Positions 48,205 through 57,477 of a DNA stretch of 64,000 bases are shown piece after piece. The notes beneath the pieces were generated by a model. That model was not told where the DNA came from. It was given only the letters and a program-made list of their open reading frames with translations, and searched no databases. The stretch's first letter is position 1, and every line of letters begins with the position of its first letter. Source of the DNA: Candidatus Micrarchaeota archaeon (GTDB taxonomy: Archaea; Micrarchaeota; Micrarchaeia; Norongarragalinales; SBBD01); assembly GCA_018819225.1 (NCBI GenBank), contig JAHJQN010000005.1, positions 35,286 to 99,285 on the forward strand, read 5' to 3'. The position numbers were made by a program, and so were the translations under genes.

Positions 48205-49134
48205 TTAGTGAACCAATTCCTTCTTCAGAAGCGACTCCAGCTCGGCAATCAACTCGCGATTCCCCACATATACCGGGGTCCGCGCGTCCACGTCATCCGC
48301 GGAAACATCCAATAACGAAATGCGGCCGTTGCTGCTTCGACCTCCGGCCTGCTCAACAATCATGCCCATGGGATGGCCTTCAAAGAACAAGCGGAACTTG
48401 CCTTGAGGCGCTTTCTTGGTGCCCGGGTACGCAAAAAATCCCCCGTAGTGCAGGACTTGGGAGAAATCGGCCACGAATGCTCCGCTATACCGGTTCTTAA
48501 GTTTTTTCACGCTCACCAAGTCCTCCACAAATTTTTTGAACGAGTCATACCATTGCAAGGGATCGCCTCCGACTCCGTATACCGATCCGGGTTCGGGAAG
48601 CTGCATATCCTCATTCAAGAGAAAGAATGCGTTTTTGCCTTCCCCTTTACGGTGTTTGACAAACTCGTGGACGCCTCGTCCCGCCGTATAAACAAGCGTG
48701 GTTAACGGACCGTATAGCTTGTACAAGGAAGCCACCTGTTCGCGGCCCTTGCAGGGAAGCGGCTGGCGGTAAATGCCTACAATCGTACCGAACGCGTTAT
48801 TGGATACAATGTTGCTGCTACCGTCCAGCGGGTCCATGGAAACGTGAAACGGAGCATCCGCATTGCATTGAAGGGGTTTCGAGAGCTCTTCACTGTGAAT
48901 CGTGTTCACCAACCCCGTTTCCCCCAAACGTTTGACGATGAAATCGTTCGCCCATACATCCAATTCAGCCGTAATTTCACCGTACTTGTTCTTGTTTTCT
49001 TTTCCGAGTTTCAATCGATGGGGGAACTCCTGACGCACATCCGGAGACAGCGCAGCGATTGTTTTCAGTAACTCGGCCAGCTCGGAATCCTCGAGCGAAT
49101 CCGCGTGCGAACGAAATGAAAGCGATGAAGACAT
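48205..49134 (-). CDS. fbp: Fructose-1,6-bisphosphatase class 1 (bacterial/eukaryotic type)
   Basis: DPLDGSSN metal-binding motif and FBPase-I C-terminal GG...Y region; 309 aa. Confidence 0.8.
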   Translation of the reverse strand: MSSSLSFRSHADSLEDSELAELLKTIAALSPDVRQEFPHRLKLGKENKNKYGEITAELDVWANDFIVKRLGETGLVNTIHSEELSKPLQCNADAPFHVSMDPLDGSSNIVSNNAFGTIVGIYRQPLPCKGREQVASLYKLYGPLTTLVYTAGRGVHEFVKHRKGEGKNAFFLLNEDMQLPEPGSVYGVGGDPLQWYDSFKKFVEDLVSVKKLKNRYSGAFVADFSQVLHYGGFFAYPGTKKAPQGKFRLFFEGHPMGMIVEQAGGRSSNGRISLLDVSADDVDARTPVYVGNRELIAELESLLKKELVH

Positions 49135-49138
49135 GGGA

Positions 49139-50050
49139 TCACTCGCCCTTTCCGGCCTTCCAAACCCGTACGAATTCCGCGTATTTGTCCGCGATCATTT
49201 GAACGGCTTGCTCGCTGGAATGTTTCTGTTCCTTGAATCCGTTTAATGCGTCCCAGAAAATCGTTCTTCCAACGGCAAATCCGATCACGCCCGCTATACC
49301 GGAACTCGCTTTCAACCACTGCCTGACTTTCTCGTCATTCGCCCCCCGTCCCAGAGTCACGATCCCAGCATTCGTGAGGTTCGATCGCGCTTGACGCACG
49401 ACCGCTTGCACATCCGACTCGTTAACCAGGCCCTCCAGTTTCCAAACGTCCGGTTGCACGCCGGCTTGCTGCAATTCGCTCATGCACTGGATCATTAGCT
49501 TGGGCCGGATGTGCTCATCGAACGTCTCCGTATTACCACCAGCTTCCCGCAACTGCTTTTCCGATGCAGGAACCAGTAATTCGAAAAGAAACAAGCGCCC
49601 CTGATCATGCAAATAACGAGTCAACTGTTTCAAACGGGCTTGCTGCCTTTTTTTCAGCTCGGAATCGTCTTCGGGATTGTAGCGCACCAAAACTTTCGCA
49701 AACGAGGGATTAAAGTGTTCGATGTGTTTCGCGTAATCCGTTCCGTACTCAAAATCGAATTCGTTTTGACCGCTTTTCTCGATCGGCATGGCAAACGTAT
49801 AGCCCTTGCGTTTCGCGTCTTCCAAAATAGGGGATCCGAACTGTTCGTCAATGAGAATGCCGGCGGATGCTTTGGGAACGCCTTGCTGTATGGCGCGCTC
49901 GAAACCCGCATAAATGATTCGCTTGTAGGCCGAAATTTCGATCGTTTGCTCGGGAGTCGGCACGCCTTCAATTCCGAATAGTTTTTTCTGAAAACTGCCT
50001 CGGTGATCGAAGGCGAGAATCAGGAGCTCTTTGGAATAACCCACTAGCAT
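49139..50050 (-). CDS. Class I aldolase of the LacD (tagatose-1,6-bisphosphate aldolase)/DUF2090-like family
   Basis: LILAFDHRGS N-terminal motif matching the LacD (AFDQRG) signature; TIM-barrel size. Confidence 0.6.
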   Translation of the reverse strand: MLVGYSKELLILAFDHRGSFQKKLFGIEGVPTPEQTIEISAYKRIIYAGFERAIQQGVPKASAGILIDEQFGSPILEDAKRKGYTFAMPIEKSGQNEFDFEYGTDYAKHIEHFNPSFAKVLVRYNPEDDSELKKRQQARLKQLTRYLHDQGRLFLFELLVPASEKQLREAGGNTETFDEHIRPKLMIQCMSELQQAGVQPDVWKLEGLVNESDVQAVVRQARSNLTNAGIVTLGRGANDEKVRQWLKASSGIAGVIGFAVGRTIFWDALNGFKEQKHSSEQAVQMIADKYAEFVRVWKAGKGE

Positions 50051-50157
50051 ACATCCATCCCCCCTTAAAACGAATACTGAACGATGCGCGGAAAACGGGC
50101 GCGATTATTAAAATAAAGGGTCTCCTATAAATGGGTTTTGTTGCAGGCGTTAACGAT

Positions 50158-50958
50158 ATGAAAAAATCGGTGCGGAAAGTATTGAGTATTGCCGGCTCGG
50201 ATTCCGGAGGCGGGGCAGGCATTCAAGCGGACTTGAAAACGTTTTCGGCTCTCGGGGTCTATGGAACGACGGTGGTTACCGCGGTCACCGCTCAAAATAC
50301 GCGGGAAGTCGCCGCCATTCACAATATTCCCGTTTCCATCATTGAAGCGCAACTGCATGCCGTACTCTCGGATATAGGAGCGGACGCCATCAAAATCGGC
50401 ATGCTATCGAACGCGGAAACCATTGAAACCGTCGGGCGAGTGCTCAAACAATACGAAGTGAAAAGTGTTGTGCTCGATCCCGTAATGGTTTCCGCGACGG
50501 GAGCGCCGCTTCTTGAAGAAACAGCGGTGGACGCGTTGAAAAAGCATTTGATTCCCGCCGCAAGCGTGTTGACCCCAAACAAAGCGGAAGCGGAAATCCT
50601 CGTACAAAAACGCATGACGACGAGGGATGAAGCAATTCAAGCGGCTAAAGAAATCCGGGGATTAGGATGCGAAAGCGTGTTGTTGAAAACGGCGTTTGAG
50701 GAAAACGCGCGCGTATTTGACCTGTATTTTGATGGACAAACGTTTAGGGAAATAAGCCATCCCCGTTTGGGTATTGTAGGTCACGGAGCGGGTTGCACGC
50801 TTTCATCAGCTATCGCGGCATTTCTCGCGGCCGGAGAATCAAAGGAGTCCGCAGTAGAAAAATCAGTGGCGTTCGTTCAAAAAGCTCTTAAAAGCGCGTA
50901 TCGCGTGGGATCAACCCATTACGTACTCGGCCATTTTCAAGCCGAGCCGAAAGACTAA
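50158..50958 (+). CDS. thiD: Hydroxymethylpyrimidine/phosphomethylpyrimidine kinase
   Basis: LSIAGSDSGGGAGIQADLKT N-terminal motif and C-terminal GxGC(T/S) lid; start taken at MKKSVRKVLSIAG. Confidence 0.85.
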   Translation: MKKSVRKVLSIAGSDSGGGAGIQADLKTFSALGVYGTTVVTAVTAQNTREVAAIHNIPVSIIEAQLHAVLSDIGADAIKIGMLSNAETIETVGRVLKQYEVKSVVLDPVMVSATGAPLLEETAVDALKKHLIPAASVLTPNKAEAEILVQKRMTTRDEAIQAAKEIRGLGCESVLLKTAFEENARVFDLYFDGQTFREISHPRLGIVGHGAGCTLSSAIAAFLAAGESKESAVEKSVAFVQKALKSAYRVGSTHYVLGHFQAEPKD

Positions 50959-52370
50959 TCCAGCGAAACAATGAGCTTCTTGAGAATCTTGAAATCAAAA
51001 GGCTTGTTGAACGGAATGAATATAAGAGATACTCCGATGGGAACCAAGAGCGCCGCTAAAAACGCGTGCAACAAGTTACCTCCCTGAAACGCCGCATCCG
51101 GGAAGAAAAACGAGCCGGCGATCATGCCAGTAACGGATGCCAGAAATGCGGCGTTCCCCGAGTATTTCGATAGAAATAACCCCGCTACGGTTGGGAAAAA
51201 CGCCGCCGCGCAAACCAAGTCCGCTACGAGGAACAAATAGAGCACGCTATGGCCTTGCGTGGCAACCATAATGGCCATAAAGGAGATGATGACGGTCAGC
51301 CATTTCGCAAATAATAGTAAGCGTGGCTGCTGGCTTTGGGGACGCCAGCGCATCAAATCCACGGTGAACAAACTGACTAAACCGTTGAGCAACGTGTCCA
51401 TGCTGCTCATGACTAATGCCACGGCCAGCATCATGACTAACCACACCATCCATATGGGCAATTGCAGGAAATACGCGAATAATGCGACCGACGCATTTTC
51501 AGCCGTGCCGGCACTCAACGATAGAATGCCGAATGTTCCCGTGATGAGTACGATGGGAATAACGATGAGTCCCGCTATCGTAAAGGCACGAAAGACATTC
51601 GATTTCGTTCGGGGCAAGAAGACGCGTTGCCAATACCCTTGATGAAACCAGTTCGCGGCGACGATGGCGATCAAGAACGCGAACGCGGCCTCGATTCCCG
51701 GAAGAAAATTCCCGTTAAACATTTGCGGGGATACGGAAGCGGATTCGGACAGGGATTCGAATCCATTGAAGAGAAACAGGCTCGCCAGGAACAATAGGAG
51801 TAGTAACGGAATGATGAGCAGGCTTTGAAGAGTATCCGTGAATACGGACGCGCGAATCCCGCCCAACGAGGTATACGCGAGCGTTCCCACTCCGACAATA
51901 ACCGCGGTATACAGCAAGGGAATATTGAAAACCAATTGGGCGGCCAACGCAATGCCCGTTAATTCAGCGGTCAGGAAAACGGACATGTAGAAGACGCTGA
52001 TGATCACGACGAGGAGGTACATGGCCGTACCGAATCGGTGGTAAACGTATTCCGTGATGGAATGACCGTTGGGCATGAGGTCGCGCAAGCGTTGTCCAAC
52101 GAAAGCAAAAAGAAACAAGGCCGCCGCACTTCCAAGAGCGTAGCCGATTAACGCAATGACGTTGTTGCGAATCGTGGCTTCCGCGGGACTGAACAGAATC
52201 CACGCCCCCATGCTGGACGCGACCAGCGTCGCCACCGTGGTCCATAACGCGGAACTTCCGCGGGCGGAAATGAAATCCTCTAAAGTAAATCGTTTGCCTC
52301 GCGCATACCAAATGCCCGCTAGCGAAAATATTAAGGCGGTTGCCAGAATCACGTACAATCCTTCCGACAC
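50955..52370 (-). CDS. Sodium:solute symporter family (SSS) transporter
   Basis: About 13 TM segments; SSS-type N-terminal region; 471 aa. Confidence 0.8.
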   Translation of the reverse strand: MSEGLYVILATALIFSLAGIWYARGKRFTLEDFISARGSSALWTTVATLVASSMGAWILFSPAEATIRNNVIALIGYALGSAAALFLFAFVGQRLRDLMPNGHSITEYVYHRFGTAMYLLVVIISVFYMSVFLTAELTGIALAAQLVFNIPLLYTAVIVGVGTLAYTSLGGIRASVFTDTLQSLLIIPLLLLLFLASLFLFNGFESLSESASVSPQMFNGNFLPGIEAAFAFLIAIVAANWFHQGYWQRVFLPRTKSNVFRAFTIAGLIVIPIVLITGTFGILSLSAGTAENASVALFAYFLQLPIWMVWLVMMLAVALVMSSMDTLLNGLVSLFTVDLMRWRPQSQQPRLLLFAKWLTVIISFMAIMVATQGHSVLYLFLVADLVCAAAFFPTVAGLFLSKYSGNAAFLASVTGMIAGSFFFPDAAFQGGNLLHAFLAALLVPIGVSLIFIPFNKPFDFKILKKLIVSLD

Positions 52371-52474
52371 GTTGGAGAAACCCCGCGAGTAACTAACGAA
52401 TCAACGTTTAATAATCGTTGGATTGACATCGCAACAATTTAAAATCGCTGGAAGCATAACTGGTTTTCCCGCGC

Positions 52475-52547
52475 GGGGCTGTGGGGTAACCTGGTATCCT
52501 GCTAGCTTCGGGAGCTAGTGATCTGAGTTCAAATCTCAGCAGCCCCA
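52475..52547 (+). tRNA. tRNA-Pro(CGG), intron-less
   Basis: GGGGCTG acceptor; anticodon stem CTAGC/GCTAG with loop TTCGGGA; T-arm CTGAG-TTCAAAT-CTCAG; CCA not encoded. Confidence 0.85.
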
Positions 52548-52555
52548 CTCTCACG

Positions 52556-52586
52556 ATTTTTGATCGACCTTTTTGAAAAGGTCGGT
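52556..52586 (+). repeat. tRNA 3'-trailer hairpin motif, copy 3
   Basis: gatttttgatcgacctttttgaaaaggtcgg (cgacctttt/aaaaggtcg stem); followed at 52592-52611 by a 19-nt repeat of the tRNA 3' end. Confidence 0.45.
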
Positions 52587-52656
52587 TGCCAAAACTCAGC
52601 AGCCCCACTACTTCTTTGGTCGACCCTCACAATATAAAAAAGCAGTATGAATTACG

Positions 52657-53667
52657 ATGGATATGGTTCGGAAATCTATTTGGATTTTTCTCTTGTTTTC
52701 AATCGCAGTTTTTGGATCCGTCAATGCCATCAACGAAACGTGTTCAAATTTGCATGGCACCCCCAACCCCGCAGAAAGCGCTCAATCCGTCGCCATCTCT
52801 TTCTTTTTTACAGGAAACGCTACGGGAACCATAACCTGCAACGGTGCTATAGACTCGAATCCACCGGTGAGCTGCTACGGTAATTCCTCTTCATGTACCG
52901 CGAACTGTGTTTGGGGGTCCGGAGGCACGTATCCAGTGGAAGCGGATTATGGATCGGCTGCGTGCAATCCATTTAATCAAACCATTAACGCGGAGGCAAC
53001 GCCGACACCGACTCCCACTCCTTCCCCCACGCCTTGGCCCACTTGTTCGAACATGAATGGAACCGTTTGTGCATTAGAAGAAATTTGTCCTGCAGATCAA
53101 TGGCTTAACGCATCGGATTCCGAGCGTTGTTGCGCGGTGGATTGTGAAGCGAATGCGACGCCAACCCCTTCCCCTACCGTGACGCCGACGCCTACGCCTC
53201 CAGGGAACGCAACCGAGTCCCCGACACCCTCGCTTACGCCCACTCCCACACTAACGCCGATTCCAACGAACACGCCGACACCGAGTCCGACGAATACGCC
53301 GGTGCCCACCGAACCCCATGTCGTTCCTTCGACGGCCACACCGTCAAGCCCAGTGCCTCCAGCTTTAGAGGAAGAAATTGAGGAATTGAGGGATCAAGTG
53401 GATGCGTTACCGGAAGGCAACGATAAGCAAGAGCTGTTCATCCTGCTTAATGAAGCGGAAGAAAACATGCAAGCCCAACAAACCAGCAAGGCGCGCGCCC
53501 TGATTCTTCAAGCGCGACTAAAAATTGCGGAAGCCGGTACGTACAAAACGGATCGCTCGACACCCATTTCATATGCGGAAATTGCGTTTGTCGGCGTGCT
53601 CGTGGCAGGAGTCGTGTGGGCGGTATCCGGGCTCATTATCCGCCGAGGAAAAATCAAACAAGCCTAG
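52657..53667 (+). CDS. Surface protein: signal peptide, Cys-rich N-domain, one copy of the 6-Cys DQWLNASD module, PT-rich stalk, C-terminal TM anchor
   Basis: Module at 53044-53148, nucleotide-level similar to the two copies inside the 1519-aa protein; TPTPSPT linkers; C-terminal AFVGVLVAGVVWAVSGLII plus RRGKIKQA. Confidence 0.7.
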   Translation: MDMVRKSIWIFLLFSIAVFGSVNAINETCSNLHGTPNPAESAQSVAISFFFTGNATGTITCNGAIDSNPPVSCYGNSSSCTANCVWGSGGTYPVEADYGSAACNPFNQTINAEATPTPTPTPSPTPWPTCSNMNGTVCALEEICPADQWLNASDSERCCAVDCEANATPTPSPTVTPTPTPPGNATESPTPSLTPTPTLTPIPTNTPTPSPTNTPVPTEPHVVPSTATPSSPVPPALEEEIEELRDQVDALPEGNDKQELFILLNEAEENMQAQQTSKARALILQARLKIAEAGTYKTDRSTPISYAEIAFVGVLVAGVVWAVSGLIIRRGKIKQA

Positions 53668-53712
53668 GAGAGCAAGGCGCTGACCCGCAAAAGCTATTTA
53701 TAGAATCGATTC

Positions 53713-54087
53713 GTGAGACAGGATATGGTCAAACATTTTGAACTCCGCGTGCTCGTCATACTATTTCTAATGATCGGGATCGCGAATCTGGTGGTCTGGC
53801 GTTCGCAGGTCTTAGCGCACGAGCTCACGCACAAAGCCATTTTTTCTGCATACGGCGTCGAGTCCGAAATCGTCATGCACGACTTCGGTTTAAGTGCGGA
53901 AACCATTCCGAACAACAATTTCACGAGCGCGGAAGACGCGAAAGTAGCGAACTTGTTGAATACGCAGACGGAGCTCATCAGCTATCATTTCTTCCCCGCG
54001 TACATTTCGAACATCATTCTTCAACTCATCTTAATTTTTGCGATTTACCGAGTAGGCCACCGCATGCAGCCTGAACCGGGGCTATAG
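53713..54087 (+). CDS. Small membrane protein with an HExxH motif (possible minimal zinc metalloprotease-like)
   Basis: TM-HELTH-...-TM architecture; 124 aa. Confidence 0.4.
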   Translation: MRQDMVKHFELRVLVILFLMIGIANLVVWRSQVLAHELTHKAIFSAYGVESEIVMHDFGLSAETIPNNNFTSAEDAKVANLLNTQTELISYHFFPAYISNIILQLILIFAIYRVGHRMQPEPGL

Positions 54088-54184
54088 CACTTGACGCGCC
54101 GTTCTTGCGACGACTCAAAGCGTTAAAAACAGTTGTTTTCATAAGATGTGAACGTGCGGCCGTGGTCTAGCTGCTTTTCTTCCT

Positions 54185-54793
54185 TTGAAGGAGAGCAAGA
54201 CAATGGTTAGGATTTGGGCCTTCCAAGCCTACGGCCCGGGTTCGAATGCGCAAGCGATGACGAGCCGAAATTCCCGGCGGCCGCACTTCCTATTCGCGAT
54301 GTTTATGGAGGAGATGCAAAGGAATCAAAACAAGTTTGTAGCTCGTTTATTGGCAATGGGTATTCACTCAGAGGGTTTTCGGCATGCCATTCCAAATAGC
54401 GTCGGGTTAGAGCACAAGCGTTTTCGACCCGCTACGGTTAAGCGAATCGTGCGCAATCTTGCCGCGCATCATTTCGGGAAAGACGCGCCGCGTTTCCAAT
54501 GGACTCGGGTAACAAGAGAACCCATAGTCCCCCGTTTTCATCCACTGAACTGGTCCCGTCGAATTAGGAGTTCGCTTTATTCGCGAAAAGTCAAAGACAT
54601 TCGCTTTGGAAGAAATCAACGGGTCATGTCCGTAGCGTTATCTCATAAGTATTTGGATCCCCTCACTATTCGCCTGATGGTGCGCGACGTGTTGGAGAAC
54701 CACTTGCATGGGGGCGGGATTTCTTACGAATTCGCCATTCAACCCAAACCAAAACGGTTGTTGGTCCGGTTTTATGAAAAGGCGCGAGGTTGA
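54185..54793 (+). CDS. Highly basic Arg/His/Trp-rich hypothetical protein
   Basis: 202 aa; no confident motif. Confidence 0.4.
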   Translation: MKESKTMVRIWAFQAYGPGSNAQAMTSRNSRRPHFLFAMFMEEMQRNQNKFVARLLAMGIHSEGFRHAIPNSVGLEHKRFRPATVKRIVRNLAAHHFGKDAPRFQWTRVTREPIVPRFHPLNWSRRIRSSLYSRKVKDIRFGRNQRVMSVALSHKYLDPLTIRLMVRDVLENHLHGGGISYEFAIQPKPKRLLVRFYEKARG

Positions 54794-54798
54794 TGGCG

Positions 54799-55197
54799 TC
54801 AACGCGTAACGTAAAACCGCACGCGAACCCATTCGACGCCGTTCCAGATCGTGCGCGTGGTAGAAAATTGTTCCGACTCTTTCGATGAATCACACGCACT
54901 TCGAACACGGTGCTCGTTCGCGTCAATTTCCATGCAATAGGTGCCCGTGGATTCCGCAAACGAATTTAATGGGTTCCGTAAAGACGCGTATCCATCTGAA
55001 ACTCCGAGCGATAAAAGCGCCAGATCCGATTCGTGATTTCGAAACGAGAGTTCCGCCACGTCCTGCACGAGTTCGTAGGAATAGATATCAACGTATCGAG
55101 GAGAATAACCGGTTCCCGAAAACAGAATGAGAAGCGACGTGGCCGCCAGTAACGTAGCCAATGCCTCGATGGTAAAAAACAGGCCTTTAGTCTTCAT
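54799..55197 (-). CDS. Archaeal type IV pilin-like protein (class III signal peptide)
   Basis: MKTKG then LFFTIEALATLLAATSLLILF: short basic leader, Gly, then a hydrophobic helix. Confidence 0.6.
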   Translation of the reverse strand: MKTKGLFFTIEALATLLAATSLLILFSGTGYSPRYVDIYSYELVQDVAELSFRNHESDLALLSLGVSDGYASLRNPLNSFAESTGTYCMEIDANEHRVRSACDSSKESEQFSTTRTIWNGVEWVRVRFYVTR

Positions 55198-55903
55198 ATC
55201 CGAAACGCGAGGAGCTCGGCGGGAGCCGGTAGCGCTGGCGCAGTGAAATAAATTCTCGGTTCAACCGTTCGTAAGCGACCGACGCGTCTTTTTCGCTAAA
55301 CAGGAAGGAAATCATTCTCCACGTGGAGAAGAAGGAAACGATGTTGATGCCTTCCAGTTTTTGTAAGAAATAAAGGTATACGCCCGGCGTGTGGATGACG
55401 CCTTCATCGTAAGCGACGGAGAACAGCGTCAGGTTTTCCACGAATTCCATGACCTGTTTTTCGGGAGCCAGCTTTAACAAGTCCGGAAGGAACTTCTTGC
55501 TGACAATCACGAGAATTTCCTCCGAACGCTGGATCACGTACATTTTTTCGCCCATCTCCCAACGCACTTTCGTCGACGCAAATTCCGCCAATTTTTTGTA
55601 CAATTGCGAGGTGCGAACGAAGTAAATGTTCGCCATCTGCTCGCGCACCAAAAGCGTGCAATGGGATAGCAATTCCTCCAATTTCTTGGACTCCCTGGAA
55701 TCCAGCGAGTGCGCCACGAATCGGCGCGACGCCATGACGATGGCATCCTCGCTCACCGGATTGTTTCCGAGTTTTTGTTGCACGTACGGCTTGAGGTAAC
55801 GCGCCAAAGCGGAATAGTTGATGAGGCCTTCCCTCATCGCGGGATGCATCGAGTGCAAGCCTTCTAATATCTCGTATACGGCATCGGATACGCTCGTCTT
55901 CAT
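55187..55903 (-). CDS. Hypothetical protein co-transcribed upstream of the pilin gene
   Basis: 238 aa, soluble; overlaps the pilin start by 11 nt. Confidence 0.5.
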   Translation of the reverse strand: MKTSVSDAVYEILEGLHSMHPAMREGLINYSALARYLKPYVQQKLGNNPVSEDAIVMASRRFVAHSLDSRESKKLEELLSHCTLLVREQMANIYFVRTSQLYKKLAEFASTKVRWEMGEKMYVIQRSEEILVIVSKKFLPDLLKLAPEKQVMEFVENLTLFSVAYDEGVIHTPGVYLYFLQKLEGINIVSFFSTWRMISFLFSEKDASVAYERLNREFISLRQRYRLPPSSSRFGYED

Positions 55904-56192
55904 ACTGGCAAACCCCCCTTAAATCCAACACGGATTAGTAAATGAGACAAAAGTGTAGGATTTTCAGGTAGATTAAGGTTTTTATAACTATTGTTGGGAT
56001 TGTTTTGAATAGCTAAGGGATAATACGCGTTTAATCCGAGGAGGGAGAAGGGCTTAAAAAAAAGTCTTCCTCACCTTCAATGGATGGCCGTCATGTCATG
56101 ATACGCGATCCACGGGTATCGGCAACTTAATATTCGTTATCCGTTTAAAATGGAAAACGGGAATCCGTTTTCCCTTGGGAGTGATAAGCGCG

Positions 56193-56948
56193 ATGTTAAT
56201 AACCGGTGCGAGCGGGGTTCTGGGGCAGGAGGTGGCCAAGCGGTTTCCGGACGCATTGAAACCCCCTCATTCCGAGCTCGACGTGACGAACCGTGCGGAA
56301 GTGGAGGCGTGCATTGAAAAAAATCGCCCGGATGTCGTCATCCATTTGGCGGCTGCAGTAAGCCCCGTCAAGTGTCATACAAACAAGGAATGGGCGTGGA
56401 AGACGAACGTGCTAGGAACGCAGCATCTAGTGGATGCACTACTCAAACATCACCCTAACACATTCCTGGCCCTCATGAGCACGCCCTGCATTTTTGACGG
56501 GGAGGATGAAAACCCCAAGGACGAGTTCGCGTTCCCGTTTCCGGATAATTTCTATGGATTATCAAAAGCGATGCAAGAGCTCATCGTATCCCGAAGCGGG
56601 TTGAATCACGTCATTATTCGTTCGAATTTTGTCGCGTTCACGCGGTGGCGGTATCCAAAGGCGTTCACGGATAGAAGAAGCAACTACTTGTTCGCTCCCA
56701 CGGTTGCCGATGGCATCGCGGACGTGTTGAAAGAAGGGATAACGGGCGTCGTGCACGTGTTGGGCGACCGAATCATATCCATGTATGAATTGGCTCGATT
56801 GTGTCCGGATTCGGAGGATGTTAAGCCCATGACGCTCGACGAATATTATTCAAAGAACGCGGGAGGTTGCCGTTTAACGAAGAACATGATCTTGGCGTCC
56901 ACGCGCTGGAAGCGTTACGCCATAACAAGCGCGATGACCCAAACCTAG
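56193..56948 (+). CDS. NAD(P)-dependent sugar reductase/epimerase, RmlD-like (dTDP-4-dehydrorhamnose reductase family)
   Basis: ITGASGVLG Rossmann motif; YGLSK (YxxxK) catalytic motif. Confidence 0.7.
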   Translation: MLITGASGVLGQEVAKRFPDALKPPHSELDVTNRAEVEACIEKNRPDVVIHLAAAVSPVKCHTNKEWAWKTNVLGTQHLVDALLKHHPNTFLALMSTPCIFDGEDENPKDEFAFPFPDNFYGLSKAMQELIVSRSGLNHVIIRSNFVAFTRWRYPKAFTDRRSNYLFAPTVADGIADVLKEGITGVVHVLGDRIISMYELARLCPDSEDVKPMTLDEYYSKNAGGCRLTKNMILASTRWKRYAITSAMTQT

Positions 56949-56964
56949 CAACGGAGGATCTCAC

Positions 56965-57477
56965 ATGAAATTAAACTTAGGTTGTGGAAACGTTCACAAA
57001 GAAGGGTTCATCAACATCGACTCGGAAAAAACGTCCGCAGCAGACCAAATCGTTGATTTGAACCGCTACCCGTGGCCATTCCCTTCGAACTCGATCGACG
57101 TCGTCTATTGCAGCCACTTCCTCGAGCATGTGGACGAGCCCGTCAAAGCCATCGAGGAAATCTATCGGATCCTGAAGAAAAACGGGGGATTGGAGGTCAT
57201 CGCACCGTATTACGCATCCCCCGGCGCTTTCTACGATTTAACGCACCGTTCCTTCTTTGGCTATAAGACCTTTGACCCGTTCTCGGACAACCGGGAATAC
57301 AACTACATCTCCAAGGCCCGTTTTCGAATCGGAAAACGCAAACTGGTTTTTTCCAAAACCCACCACGTACTCGGAGTACAAGCATTTGCCAACGCGTTTC
57401 CCCGAATTTATGAGGATTTCATGGCGATGGTCTTTCCGGCAAGGGAAATCCACTTTTTCATGGAGGCCGTGAAATGA
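56965..57477 (+). CDS. Class I SAM-dependent methyltransferase
   Basis: LNLGCG motif I; acidic motif II (IDVVYCSH). Confidence 0.75.
   Translation: MKLNLGCGNVHKEGFINIDSEKTSAADQIVDLNRYPWPFPSNSIDVVYCSHFLEHVDEPVKAIEEIYRILKKNGGLEVIAPYYASPGAFYDLTHRSFFGYKTFDPFSDNREYNYISKARFRIGKRKLVFSKTHHVLGVQAFANAFPRIYEDFMAMVFPAREIHFFMEAVK

Noticed and set aside
54185-54793. Tyrosine recombinase/integrase or rolling-circle Rep identity for the basic 202-aa protein next to the tRNA repeat
   Set aside because: Although H-x-x-x-x-R-H, H-L-H and H-K-Y segments exist, the spacing and order do not match the R-K-HxxR-Y integrase catalytic tetrad or the HUH plus Y Rep arrangement. Left as hypothetical.
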